Positions 26,740 through 36,347 of a stretch of DNA of 64,000 nt are shown here, piece by piece. Made by a program: the position numbers and the translations under genes. Below the pieces are notes generated by a model, which saw only the letters and a list, made by a program, of their open reading frames with translations, ran no database searches and had not been told where the DNA came from. The DNA is from a virus: the IMG/VR virus record IMGVR_UViG_3300042563_002923, positions 2,610 to 66,609 of that record; one strand, given 5' to 3'. Each line of letters starts with the position of its first letter. Position 1 is the first letter of the stretch.

Positions 26740-28511
26740 GTAGAATAAGAGAAAAATTATCTAAAATATTTGCAGCACAAATACCCGAGTTTATTCGGGT
26801 AGGCGAATATGATGTTATAAACGTACAACCAATATCAACAACTGCGTCGTCAAAAATTGTTACGGTTGGAGATACTAATGATATTATTGCTGGTGATAGA
26901 TTGCAACACCCAGCAATTACAAATACAGTATTTGTAACTAAAGTATTATCAACTACGCAAGTTGAAGTGAGTAATGCGATAGTTGTTACGCTATCTAATC
27001 AAATTGCAAAATTTGTTAGAGCTGATTCAACATCTACATTTGTAAAATTTTTAGAGGCGTATTATAAATTTTTAGAACAAGATAAAGGTGCGCAAGAAGT
27101 ATTACAAAATGCAAGAAAATATGGAGATAGTGATTATACGTCCGATGATTTAATTGAACAGTTCTTTGTAAACTATGGCAATGATATTCCACGAAACATT
27201 GTTACAGACAAACGCACGTTTATTAAACATTTTAGAGACATTTATAAAACTAAAGGTACAGAAGAAGCATATAAATTGCTTTTTCGTGCAATGTTTAACT
27301 CTAAGGCGGAATTTTACTATCCTAGCGAATCGGTACTAAAACCTTCCGATGGAGTATGGAGAAAAGATAGAACCATAAAAGTAATCCCTGGCCAACTAGG
27401 ATCAGGCAATCCTTTTGATTTTAAAAATACTAAGATTACCGGCCAAACATCTAAAGCAACCGCGGTGGTGAATAATGTTTTACGGTTGTTTGAGGGCGTT
27501 GTAGAAATTTATGAATTACATCTTGAAAATATAAAAGGAACGTTTGTCAGAGAAGATATTGTAGGTACAAAATTAATAGATTTAAATTCTTCTCTGGTTA
27601 CTATCACCGCAAGAACTGTCCCGCAATTATCCAAAATTGAAATTATTGATGGTGTAGCTGGATATGAAGTAGGAACAGTTATAAATGTGGATGGCGGCGG
27701 CATTTGCAAAATAGAATCGGTTGATGCTTCGGGAAAAATTAAAAGTGTTAAGGTTATTGCTTCTAAAGTATATCCTGTTTTAAGCTCCGAAGCTTCGGCA
27801 CAAGGGTATAATCCTGCCCCTATAACATCTCCGACGCCTACATCTATTACATCTGGTAATGTACTTTTGTTAAACGGAGTTGGATCGTACACATCGATTT
27901 TTCCGCATGGGTTAACTAAAGGTAATTATGCAAATATCTATTTTGCGTCTTTACCAAATATTTTAGAAAAAGAGTTATCTGTTAAATATGTGTTAGACAG
28001 TAAACGATTTACGTTTGATTATTCCACGCCTGAGATAAATCCTTCAATTGAAATTGAATTAAAAGCTAACATACGATATACTCAACCGGCAAATTTATTC
28101 GCCAACATAAACATTCTAAAAGAATCTACCGGATATTGGTTAAATAATAAAGGTAAACTATCAGAATTAGTATATATTCACGGACCAGCTGTAAATAGCA
28201 CTGATCGTAGTAAATTATTTTATCAACCATATTCATATGTTGTAAAAAGCGATATTTCAATTGCGGAATGGGATAAAACAGCCTCACAACTAGTTCATCC
28301 AGCAGGAACAGAAGTTTTTGGCGAAATTGATATAAACAACGAAATATCTAGTAATTCTAAATCAACAGGGCAGTCTGAAGTTTGGGATTACTTTGGTATC
28401 ACATCAGATTCTAATGTAATACTTGCAAGTTTAACAACATATTCGAATAGCAGAGTAACTAATTTAAAAGTTACTACAGATATGCTTTATGTTATATTTA
28501 ATTATCTGTAA
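26736..28511 (+). CDS. 7: baseplate wedge initiator gp7-like
   Basis: QIPEFIR, FVKFLEAYYKFLE, YKTKGT...YKLLFR, FYQPYSYVVKS, LVHPAG. Confidence 0.8.
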   Translation: MSRIREKLSKIFAAQIPEFIRVGEYDVINVQPISTTASSKIVTVGDTNDIIAGDRLQHPAITNTVFVTKVLSTTQVEVSNAIVVTLSNQIAKFVRADSTSTFVKFLEAYYKFLEQDKGAQEVLQNARKYGDSDYTSDDLIEQFFVNYGNDIPRNIVTDKRTFIKHFRDIYKTKGTEEAYKLLFRAMFNSKAEFYYPSESVLKPSDGVWRKDRTIKVIPGQLGSGNPFDFKNTKITGQTSKATAVVNNVLRLFEGVVEIYELHLENIKGTFVREDIVGTKLIDLNSSLVTITARTVPQLSKIEIIDGVAGYEVGTVINVDGGGICKIESVDASGKIKSVKVIASKVYPVLSSEASAQGYNPAPITSPTPTSITSGNVLLLNGVGSYTSIFPHGLTKGNYANIYFASLPNILEKELSVKYVLDSKRFTFDYSTPEINPSIEIELKANIRYTQPANLFANINILKESTGYWLNNKGKLSELVYIHGPAVNSTDRSKLFYQPYSYVVKSDISIAEWDKTASQLVHPAGTEVFGEIDINNEISSNSKSTGQSEVWDYFGITSDSNVILASLTTYSNSRVTNLKVTTDMLYVIFNYL

Positions 28512-28539
28512 TAAATAATAAAAGACACAGGATATTTTA

Positions 28540-29838
28540 ATGGCACAGATTGTTACAAACAATTTTAGTATACAAAACGCAGTAAATTTTGCAAGTAGTT
28601 ATACTAGTAATTACTATTTAATTATTGGCCGTCCACAAGCATGGCCAACTGAACCCACACCTACCAATCCAGTAAATACGTTAAACCAAGAATATATTTA
28701 CTGGGCAGATTCTGTAGCAGCAAAAAGAATTGTGGGTTCGGATGTAAAATTAGTAATTAAAAGAAATGATTATACAATAGGTGTTGTATATACTCAGTAT
28801 GACAATACGCAAGAAACTTTATTGGATAGTAATTTTTACGTTTTAACAAATCCCGATTATAACGTATACAAATGTATTTCTAATAATTTTGGTGCAGTAT
28901 CAACCGTGCAACCTTCTGGGAGAACCAATTCTATATTTCAAACAGCAGATGGTTACAGATGGAAATATATGTATTCATTAACAGATTCGGATATATTAAA
29001 ATTTCTAACAGCTAATTACATGGCAATTAATGTAAATGCAGATGTTGTAGATACTGCAATTCCTGGAACTATTGATAATATTGTTGTGGCAAATCAAGGA
29101 ATTGGTTATTCCGGGTTTGCATCATTTGCAATAAAAGGAAAAGGAACCGGAGCGTCAATTTCATCATATACTTTAAATTCTTCCAACAGTATTACATCTA
29201 TTTCAATTAACACAAATGAAACAGGTACTAATTATAAGATTGCTAATGTTAGTATAACAGATTCAACCGGAACAAACGCTTCAGCATATGCTATAGTTAG
29301 CCCAATAAACGGCCACGGATCAGACCCATTATATGAATTGGGGGCTAAATATGTGATGATAAATAGTAGGTTGGATTATGCTGAAGGCGGCGGAGATTTT
29401 CCGGTTGTTAATGATTATAGAAGAATTACAGTTATATCAAATCCAATTTCTGTTGCTACAGGGAATGTTGCAACAGAAATTACTTTAGATGCAACATATA
29501 CATTAAATGTAACGGGTGCAACTGGAACATTTTCGTTAGATGAATTAATTACCGGGGATACTAGCAAAGCATCTGCGTTAATTGTAAGCGCAAATGTGGT
29601 TGGATCAAATGTAGCGATTCGATATATAACCCCTGAAAACTTATATTCGGGCGCTGTAGATTTTACTGTAGGTGAAATTTTGCGCGGAGGCACATCTCTT
29701 GCAACCGGAAATATTGCATCTATAGTGGCGCCCGAAATACAACACAATACCGGCAAAGCTTTGTATGTTGAAAATCGTAGTAAAATAACAAGACAATCTG
29801 ACCAGGCAGAAAATATTCACATAGTTATAGAATTTTAA
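28540..29838 (+). CDS. 8: baseplate wedge subunit gp8
   Basis: IGRPQAW, FYVL...YNVYKCISN, DGYRWKYMY, GHGSD...ELG, NDYR, ENRS.ITR..DQ.E.I.IVIEF. Confidence 0.92.
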   Translation: MAQIVTNNFSIQNAVNFASSYTSNYYLIIGRPQAWPTEPTPTNPVNTLNQEYIYWADSVAAKRIVGSDVKLVIKRNDYTIGVVYTQYDNTQETLLDSNFYVLTNPDYNVYKCISNNFGAVSTVQPSGRTNSIFQTADGYRWKYMYSLTDSDILKFLTANYMAINVNADVVDTAIPGTIDNIVVANQGIGYSGFASFAIKGKGTGASISSYTLNSSNSITSISINTNETGTNYKIANVSITDSTGTNASAYAIVSPINGHGSDPLYELGAKYVMINSRLDYAEGGGDFPVVNDYRRITVISNPISVATGNVATEITLDATYTLNVTGATGTFSLDELITGDTSKASALIVSANVVGSNVAIRYITPENLYSGAVDFTVGEILRGGTSLATGNIASIVAPEIQHNTGKALYVENRSKITRQSDQAENIHIVIEF

Positions 29839-29854
29839 TTCTAGGATATAAAAA

Positions 29855-32800
29855 ATGATTATAAATTTAACAACTTCTCCGTATTATGACGATTTTGATC
29901 CTCAAAAGAATTTTTATAGAATTCTTTTTAAGCCTGGCGTGCCTGTTCAAGCAAGAGAATTAACTCAGCTTCAAACTATCCTACAGAATCAAATTAAGTC
30001 GTTTGCCAGTCACATTTTTGTTGACGGCACACGGGCATCAAAAGAAAATCCAAGTGCTTTAGCAATAACAAATAATCAACACAAATCTCTTAAATTAACA
30101 GGTATGAGTGTTGCGAATATTAATACTTATTTGGGAACGTATGTAACCGGCGCAACATCTAATACTTTTGGAAAAGTTGAATTTGTATTTAATGCAGACA
30201 CCCCTACAATTGGTGATCCGCATACGGTAGTGTTTAGACCATCAAAAGGTAACGGTGAATTTATATCAGGAGAAACTGTATATTTTTATTCCGATATCGA
30301 TTCTGCGCAAATAAAATCCAACATATATGTTGGTACAGAAACATTAGTCGAAGATATTGATATTTCGATTACAGGTACAACAGAGCAATATTCTGAAAAA
30401 ATTACATCTATAACGGCATCTACCAATTTAAAGGTGGGAGATCAATTATATGCAGTTGATGGATTTGGTGTTTCTCCTTTGTATGTAATCGAGGTGTTAT
30501 CTGCAACATCTGTTAGACTAAATGATAACTTAGCAACAACCGGAACAGGTATATCCTTACAGTTTAAGCGAAAAGGGTCCAGTGCAACTGCTGTACTAAG
30601 TGCATCTTCTGGAATTTATTATAAAAAAGGATTTTTTATAAATGTAGAATCTCAAGCAATTGTTCCGCAAAAATACGCACCATACCCCGACAAAAAAGCT
30701 GTCATTTATAGGTATACGGAATCTACAGTAAATTATAATGATGATTCCAGTTTACTAGATCCCGCATTTGGTAGCTCTAATTATCTTGCACCCGGTGCAG
30801 ATAGATTAAAAGTTACATTAACCTTGGATACAGTAGATTTAGATGCAGATTTTAAAGCGGATGTTACAGATGATTATGTAGCAATTGCAAAATTTATTGA
30901 TGGAAAAAATATATTAAACTATTCTGCGGTTGATACTACATACTCCGCACTTTCAGATAAGCTTGCTGAAAGAACATATGACGAATCCGGAAACTATAGT
31001 ATAGAACCATTTAGATTATCATCTGCGGGTTCAACGAGTTCAGGTGAAGATAATAGATTTTTTATCAGTAAAGGAAAAGCTTACATAGGTGGTTATGAAA
31101 TTAAAACATCTGACAAAACAGAATTAATTGTTCCAAAAGCAAGAGATTTTGAAACAATAGTAGAAACAGATGTTAACACTTATTTTGGTAGATATGTATT
31201 AATAAATTCTCCAAAATATGGGCTATTTGACCCCGAAACCTTTACACTAAGAGATTATTGGGAAGCCCATAATACAACAAATACTGCTGCCATGAGTTCG
31301 AATACTCGGGTAGGATATATTTCACCTAAATTCTTAAAATATGAATCAGGCTCAAATACTACAGCTGTGTATAGATTTTATTGGTTTAACTTTGAACAAA
31401 CAAGTACTACTTCAAATGCTACTTCTATACGTTCAATCATAAGTGTCGGCAATGATTATTCTAATATTGAAGGAAACTACGGTACATACGCAAATCCGCT
31501 TTTCTTCGCAAACATTGCTGCGAATGCGGGCGGGTTAGAACCAATATCTAACAATCTTGTTATTTTTGAATCAACACAAAACAGCAGGTATGTATTTCCT
31601 ATTAATAATTCTTATGTTAAAGATGTTACCAATATAAACACCGTTTATACGAAATTATATTCCAATGTACAAATGACCAACGGAGTTGCGTCTATTACAA
31701 CATCTTCGCCTAATAAATTTGTGGGTAGTGCAGGTGATTCTCTAACAAAATATTATTCTCAACAATATTATACTATTATAGTTAAGAAAAAAGAAGATAC
31801 GACTACAGGTAATCCAAATTACTTCACGGGCGCGTATGTGGATTCTTCAACTGTGACATTAGATTTAGATTTGAATAAAACTAATATGACTATTACGCAT
31901 GCTAATAGTTTAGTTGCTGCCAAATTAGACATTATCGCAACTTTGCAAACTAATGAAGAAACAATAAGAACAAAAACGTTGGAACAAAATTGGCCGGTTG
32001 TTACTGATATTAATTCAAACGACTGGATTACTTTGTTTTATCCAGATATAACGGCATTAAAAAATGTTTATAAGATTGATTCTGGTACAAATTTTCACGG
32101 AAAATATCTTAATGCAAATACATATAGCGCGGGAAAATATGTTTCGTATGAAGACAGATTATATAAAGCGTTAGTAACTACAAACGAGGCAGTTAGTAAT
32201 ACAAATGCGTGGTCAAAAGTAAGTCCCCAATCATTGTTATTATATACTTTAGATGATGGGCAACGAGACTTTGTGTATGATTGGGGTAGAATAAAATTTC
32301 TAGGACAGAATGCTGCAAATGTTGGTAATGTGGTTGTTATTGTTGATTATTTTGAACACGGTGGAGGGACAGGACCATTTACAGTAAATTCATATGCAAA
32401 CACTCTATATGCTAAAATTCCAACCTATAGATCTCCTGAGGGTGCAGCAACATTTAATTTAAGAGATTGCTTGGACTTTAGACCAGCAAGAATTAAATAT
32501 CCTATAACCGGTTTTACATATAGAACAACTACCGTTTCTAGACCGGATCCACTGGCAGTTCCAGGGACACAGGTTGATTTACAATATTATTTGCCAAGAA
32601 TTGACAGAGTATATGTGCAAACAACAGATGTTAAAGCCGATACAGCTAAACAAACTGGCAACAAATTTAGATTAGATTTGGGAACATCTTCAGTAACACC
32701 AAAAGCTCCTTTAGACAAATCTAATAGAACACAACAATTGATTGCCACAATTGTGTCTCCTCCATATACTGCGTCATCAAGCAGCGCCAAAGTAATACAT

Positions 32801-33658
32801 ACAAATTATAATAGATATACTATGAAAAGTATTGGTATTATTTCTTCAAGGTTAACTTCTTTGGAAAAACGAGTACAACGTCAAAGCATTGAAATTGCAG
32901 CATTAAACAATAAAGTATTTGATAGAGGCGGCATACAAGGTAATGTATTATATACTACAGGCATTTTTGTTGAAGATTTTAGCAATCATAACGCAGCATT
33001 AATAACAAGTCCATACTTTACTGCAACAATTAATACTAATAAAAAAGAATGCAGACCTTCTTTTTCTGGCGCGCACCATAAATTATCTTTTATAACAGAT
33101 CCCGATGTTAGATATCGCGATGATTTAATTACCATGCTATATACTGAACAACAAATTACAGGACAAATTGTACCTACGGGGGTTCCTCAAAACATTCAGG
33201 GAAATACCACAATAGTACAATCTACTCAAATTAATTCTAGCGGAACACTACAGGGTGGCGGCAAGGCTGATTCATATCCTAACTCATTTTCGGGGTCTGG
33301 TGGGTTTGCAACGAATGCAGTTAGAAATCTTACTGTAAGAGAAACTACTGAGGAAGACAGTATTGATTATGCTGCTAGAGTTACCGAAATAGAAAACGAT
33401 GTTGCTGCAACTGCAGCGCAAGCTGCGGTGACGAACGACGATACGGTAGTAAGTGTCTCTGCTGACGTTCTCAATTCTCATCATGACCGCGGGGAAAATC
33501 AGGGCAACGCGCCCCAAAATGGGTTAGATCAATCAAGTTTTGGAGTGTCGGACGATGGCGGCAGAGCTACACCGTTTGGTGGCGCAACTGGCATTGGCTA
33601 CGGTGGCGGTGGCGGCAAACCAGGCGATGTGTTGTCTGATGCAATGATGGCTGTTTGA
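29855..33658 (+). CDS. large virion structural protein (DUF4815/VrlC-like, N-terminal part)
   Basis: PYYDDFD..KNFYRILFKPG..VQARELTQLQTILQNQI, APGADRLK, LAERTYDESGNY, LRDCLDFRP, YYLPRID, RYTMK.IG. Confidence 0.85.
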   Translation: MIINLTTSPYYDDFDPQKNFYRILFKPGVPVQARELTQLQTILQNQIKSFASHIFVDGTRASKENPSALAITNNQHKSLKLTGMSVANINTYLGTYVTGATSNTFGKVEFVFNADTPTIGDPHTVVFRPSKGNGEFISGETVYFYSDIDSAQIKSNIYVGTETLVEDIDISITGTTEQYSEKITSITASTNLKVGDQLYAVDGFGVSPLYVIEVLSATSVRLNDNLATTGTGISLQFKRKGSSATAVLSASSGIYYKKGFFINVESQAIVPQKYAPYPDKKAVIYRYTESTVNYNDDSSLLDPAFGSSNYLAPGADRLKVTLTLDTVDLDADFKADVTDDYVAIAKFIDGKNILNYSAVDTTYSALSDKLAERTYDESGNYSIEPFRLSSAGSTSSGEDNRFFISKGKAYIGGYEIKTSDKTELIVPKARDFETIVETDVNTYFGRYVLINSPKYGLFDPETFTLRDYWEAHNTTNTAAMSSNTRVGYISPKFLKYESGSNTTAVYRFYWFNFEQTSTTSNATSIRSIISVGNDYSNIEGNYGTYANPLFFANIAANAGGLEPISNNLVIFESTQNSRYVFPINNSYVKDVTNINTVYTKLYSNVQMTNGVASITTSSPNKFVGSAGDSLTKYYSQQYYTIIVKKKEDTTTGNPNYFTGAYVDSSTVTLDLDLNKTNMTITHANSLVAAKLDIIATLQTNEETIRTKTLEQNWPVVTDINSNDWITLFYPDITALKNVYKIDSGTNFHGKYLNANTYSAGKYVSYEDRLYKALVTTNEAVSNTNAWSKVSPQSLLLYTLDDGQRDFVYDWGRIKFLGQNAANVGNVVVIVDYFEHGGGTGPFTVNSYANTLYAKIPTYRSPEGAATFNLRDCLDFRPARIKYPITGFTYRTTTVSRPDPLAVPGTQVDLQYYLPRIDRVYVQTTDVKADTAKQTGNKFRLDLGTSSVTPKAPLDKSNRTQQLIATIVSPPYTASSSSAKVIHTNYNRYTMKSIGIISSRLTSLEKRVQRQSIEIAALNNKVFDRGGIQGNVLYTTGIFVEDFSNHNAALITSPYFTATINTNKKECRPSFSGAHHKLSFITDPDVRYRDDLITMLYTEQQITGQIVPTGVPQNIQGNTTIVQSTQINSSGTLQGGGKADSYPNSFSGSGGFATNAVRNLTVRETTEEDSIDYAARVTEIENDVAATAAQAAVTNDDTVVSVSADVLNSHHDRGENQGNAPQNGLDQSSFGVSDDGGRATPFGGATGIGYGGGGGKPGDVLSDAMMAV

Positions 33659-33698
33659 AATTTTGCAAAACTCGTAGAAATATTAAAGGAATTAACAA

Positions 33699-34298
33699 AT
33701 GATACAACTTGATAATTTAAACGTGCAAGGCATGTCCAATGGCGCAATATCATTTTTTGGTAATGTTGTTCGAGATCTGCAAGTAACATATGGTTCAAAT
33801 GCACAAGGTTGGTTAAACGTTGTTAACGATTTAGATGACATTATATATGCAGATCATATAAGATCAGTGGGACTGGATACAACAGAAACATTTTTATATC
33901 AATCATATTATATTGTAAATAACAGAAACGCATTTGTGGATAGATCAAATGTAGACTATCTAGAAGTGAGAGCAAACATAAATGTTTCTGACGGAGTAAT
34001 TGCACCTCATTATGGCGTATTAATTTATCCAAAAAGTTTTTCCGGAAATGTTACCGCAAACGCAATTGCTCTTCAAAATTTTATATCACAAACACTTGAT
34101 AATAACAATACATATATTGCAGCAAACGTAGTTTCATCAAAACAATATTCGATAGATAATGGATTTGTAAGTGATTACGCATCAATTGATAGTACTAGTT
34201 TTGATACTGCAGGTATTGTTCCTCAATTACAAGATGCAGGTGAAGCAAAATTGGCTTTACTTAAAACAGCGTTAGTAAATAGTAGATTTATAGAGTAA
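33699..34298 (+). CDS. hypothetical (probable virion) protein
   Basis: 199 aa, AAGGA RBS, within structural operon. Confidence 0.7.
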   Translation: MIQLDNLNVQGMSNGAISFFGNVVRDLQVTYGSNAQGWLNVVNDLDDIIYADHIRSVGLDTTETFLYQSYYIVNNRNAFVDRSNVDYLEVRANINVSDGVIAPHYGVLIYPKSFSGNVTANAIALQNFISQTLDNNNTYIAANVVSSKQYSIDNGFVSDYASIDSTSFDTAGIVPQLQDAGEAKLALLKTALVNSRFIE

Positions 34299-34309
34299 GG
34301 GTCAACAAA

Positions 34310-36127
34310 ATGAGTGCTTTAAGTAGTTATACACGAGGTGGCGTTAATGGTGTTTACAATTTTACAATTACGGGTGCACCACCATACACATCATTAAAAA
34401 CATTTATAAATGGATTAGATTATAGCAAGTTAGTTACTCCTGATCCTATTCCAGGGCAAGATAATGATGTCTTATATTTTTCAGGAGACCCTTTAATAAC
34501 TAACGCCGAAGGATATGTTTCGGGTAAAATAATTATCGCAAGAACATATTCATTAGTAATTGACGGCCAAGTAAATGTATCTTTTATTGATTCAGGCCAA
34601 AGTAGCGGTGGCGAGGACTCTGTTAGTACAATCGTTGCAAGATTTGCAATTACAGGGGTATCTTCACTCCCGGATACATCTGTAGATAGTACACGAAGTA
34701 GTACAGTAATTACTTCAACCACTTCATCCGTTGCTGAAACAAATGTTGCGGATGCTGCAAAATTAGGGGGAGCGGTATCAATATTAACTCCGTTTACACA
34801 AACATTTTTTGTTGATGCAACAAAATATCCAAAAGGATTATTTTTATCATCGGTTAATTTATGGTTTGCCACAAAAGATAGTAAGGCTCCGGTATCAATA
34901 GAATTAAGAAAAGTTATCGGCGGCGTTCCTTCATCAAACGAAATTATACCGGGATCGGTTTGTGTGGTGCCGGCGGCCGCAGTAAATGTCCCTGCAAATG
35001 CTTTAATAACTACATCATTAGCTGCTCAGTCTTCATATACATCATTCCCGGTGCTTTCAAAATTACCACCGGGTGAGTATGGAATTTCCATTTTAACAGA
35101 TTCAAAGGATTATTCTATATATACTGCAATATTTGGAGAACCTGGGCCAGGAACGATGGGGCCTGCACAAAAAGAACCCTATATAGGGAAATTATTTAAA
35201 TCGCAAAATACTAATACTTGGTTGGAAGAAATAAATAAATGTTTATGTTTTTCAGTAAATAAAGCTGTTTTTGCAAAAGGAACTGCATTTTTTGAATTAC
35301 AAAATGAAGCAATACCCGAAACAATTTACGATAGTGTTTTATTGGATGCTTTAACTACCGGCGAAGGTGAAGTAAGTGGTATTTCTTATTCAATTAATAC
35401 GGTAAATGAACTATCATCTCCCGGAAATTTATCCGGTGCGGTTGCTATAAATCAAAATTCTTCTACAGTTTTAGATAGACGGAAAAAAGCAATTGCAAAA
35501 GGGGATATAAAAATAGGAGTGACATTTACAAATGATTCTGCAGATGTATCTCCATTATTAGATAAATCTAGATTATCATTGTACACATTTGCTAACGAAC
35601 TTAATAGTCCTTTTGACCAAGATACTCGAGATTCTGAGTTATTGCCAACAGGGGGAGTAGCACTTAGTAGATATATTAGTAAAGTTATTACTCTTGCATC
35701 TGGATTTGATTCAACTGGTTTAGAAGTTAAATTGGATGTTAACAGGAAATATGGCACAGATATAGACGTTTTCTGCAGAGTAAAAAGCGCGTTGGATATT
35801 AATACCGATAATAATATAGATAATTTGCCATGGAGAAGAATGCCATTGTATAATCAAAATGCCACAGTTACTGCTCCGGACAGTCTAGAGGGCAAAAAGT
35901 CTTATGCAGGGTATTCGGAAGACTTTTTTACAGAAGTATATAAGATTTTGGAAACAGATTCTGAAACAACAACCGGCTTTGCAAATCTAGAATATGAAAC
36001 GTTGGTAGGTGAGACAATAACAACATTTAAAGATTTTAATAAGTTTCAGATTAAAGTTGTATTCTATTCTCATGATAAAACAGTTGTACCTAAAATTAGA
36101 AATTTAATAGCAACATCGGTGATATAA
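34310..36127 (+). CDS. virion structural protein (DUF4815-like C-terminal part)
   Basis: P.TQTFFV, G.FLSSVNLWFATKD, PYIGKLFKSQN..TW, VSP.LD, RYISK.ITL, F..FQIKVV...VPKI..L. Confidence 0.8.
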   Translation: MSALSSYTRGGVNGVYNFTITGAPPYTSLKTFINGLDYSKLVTPDPIPGQDNDVLYFSGDPLITNAEGYVSGKIIIARTYSLVIDGQVNVSFIDSGQSSGGEDSVSTIVARFAITGVSSLPDTSVDSTRSSTVITSTTSSVAETNVADAAKLGGAVSILTPFTQTFFVDATKYPKGLFLSSVNLWFATKDSKAPVSIELRKVIGGVPSSNEIIPGSVCVVPAAAVNVPANALITTSLAAQSSYTSFPVLSKLPPGEYGISILTDSKDYSIYTAIFGEPGPGTMGPAQKEPYIGKLFKSQNTNTWLEEINKCLCFSVNKAVFAKGTAFFELQNEAIPETIYDSVLLDALTTGEGEVSGISYSINTVNELSSPGNLSGAVAINQNSSTVLDRRKKAIAKGDIKIGVTFTNDSADVSPLLDKSRLSLYTFANELNSPFDQDTRDSELLPTGGVALSRYISKVITLASGFDSTGLEVKLDVNRKYGTDIDVFCRVKSALDINTDNNIDNLPWRRMPLYNQNATVTAPDSLEGKKSYAGYSEDFFTEVYKILETDSETTTGFANLEYETLVGETITTFKDFNKFQIKVVFYSHDKTVVPKIRNLIATSVI

Positions 36128-36128
36128 A

Positions 36129-36347
36129 ATGTATGTAAAAATAGAAGATGAAAATAGATTTGTAAAGAATGTTAGAAATAAAGCATTGGTTAACATTGAT
36201 GTGGTTGGATTAAAAGAGTATAAAAATAAAAAAGAGTTAACTCGTCAGGTAACTGATATCTCAGGTGAAATAAATAATATGAAATCCGAAATGTCTGAGA
36301 TAAAATCTCTTTTGCAACAATTAGTAAAACAGAATTTGGAAAAATAA
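36129..36347 (+). CDS. small conserved coiled-coil virion protein
   Basis: ALVNID...Y, INNMKSEMSEIKSLLQQL; usual position after the DUF4815-type gene. Confidence 0.7.
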   Translation: MYVKIEDENRFVKNVRNKALVNIDVVGLKEYKNKKELTRQVTDISGEINNMKSEMSEIKSLLQQLVKQNLEK

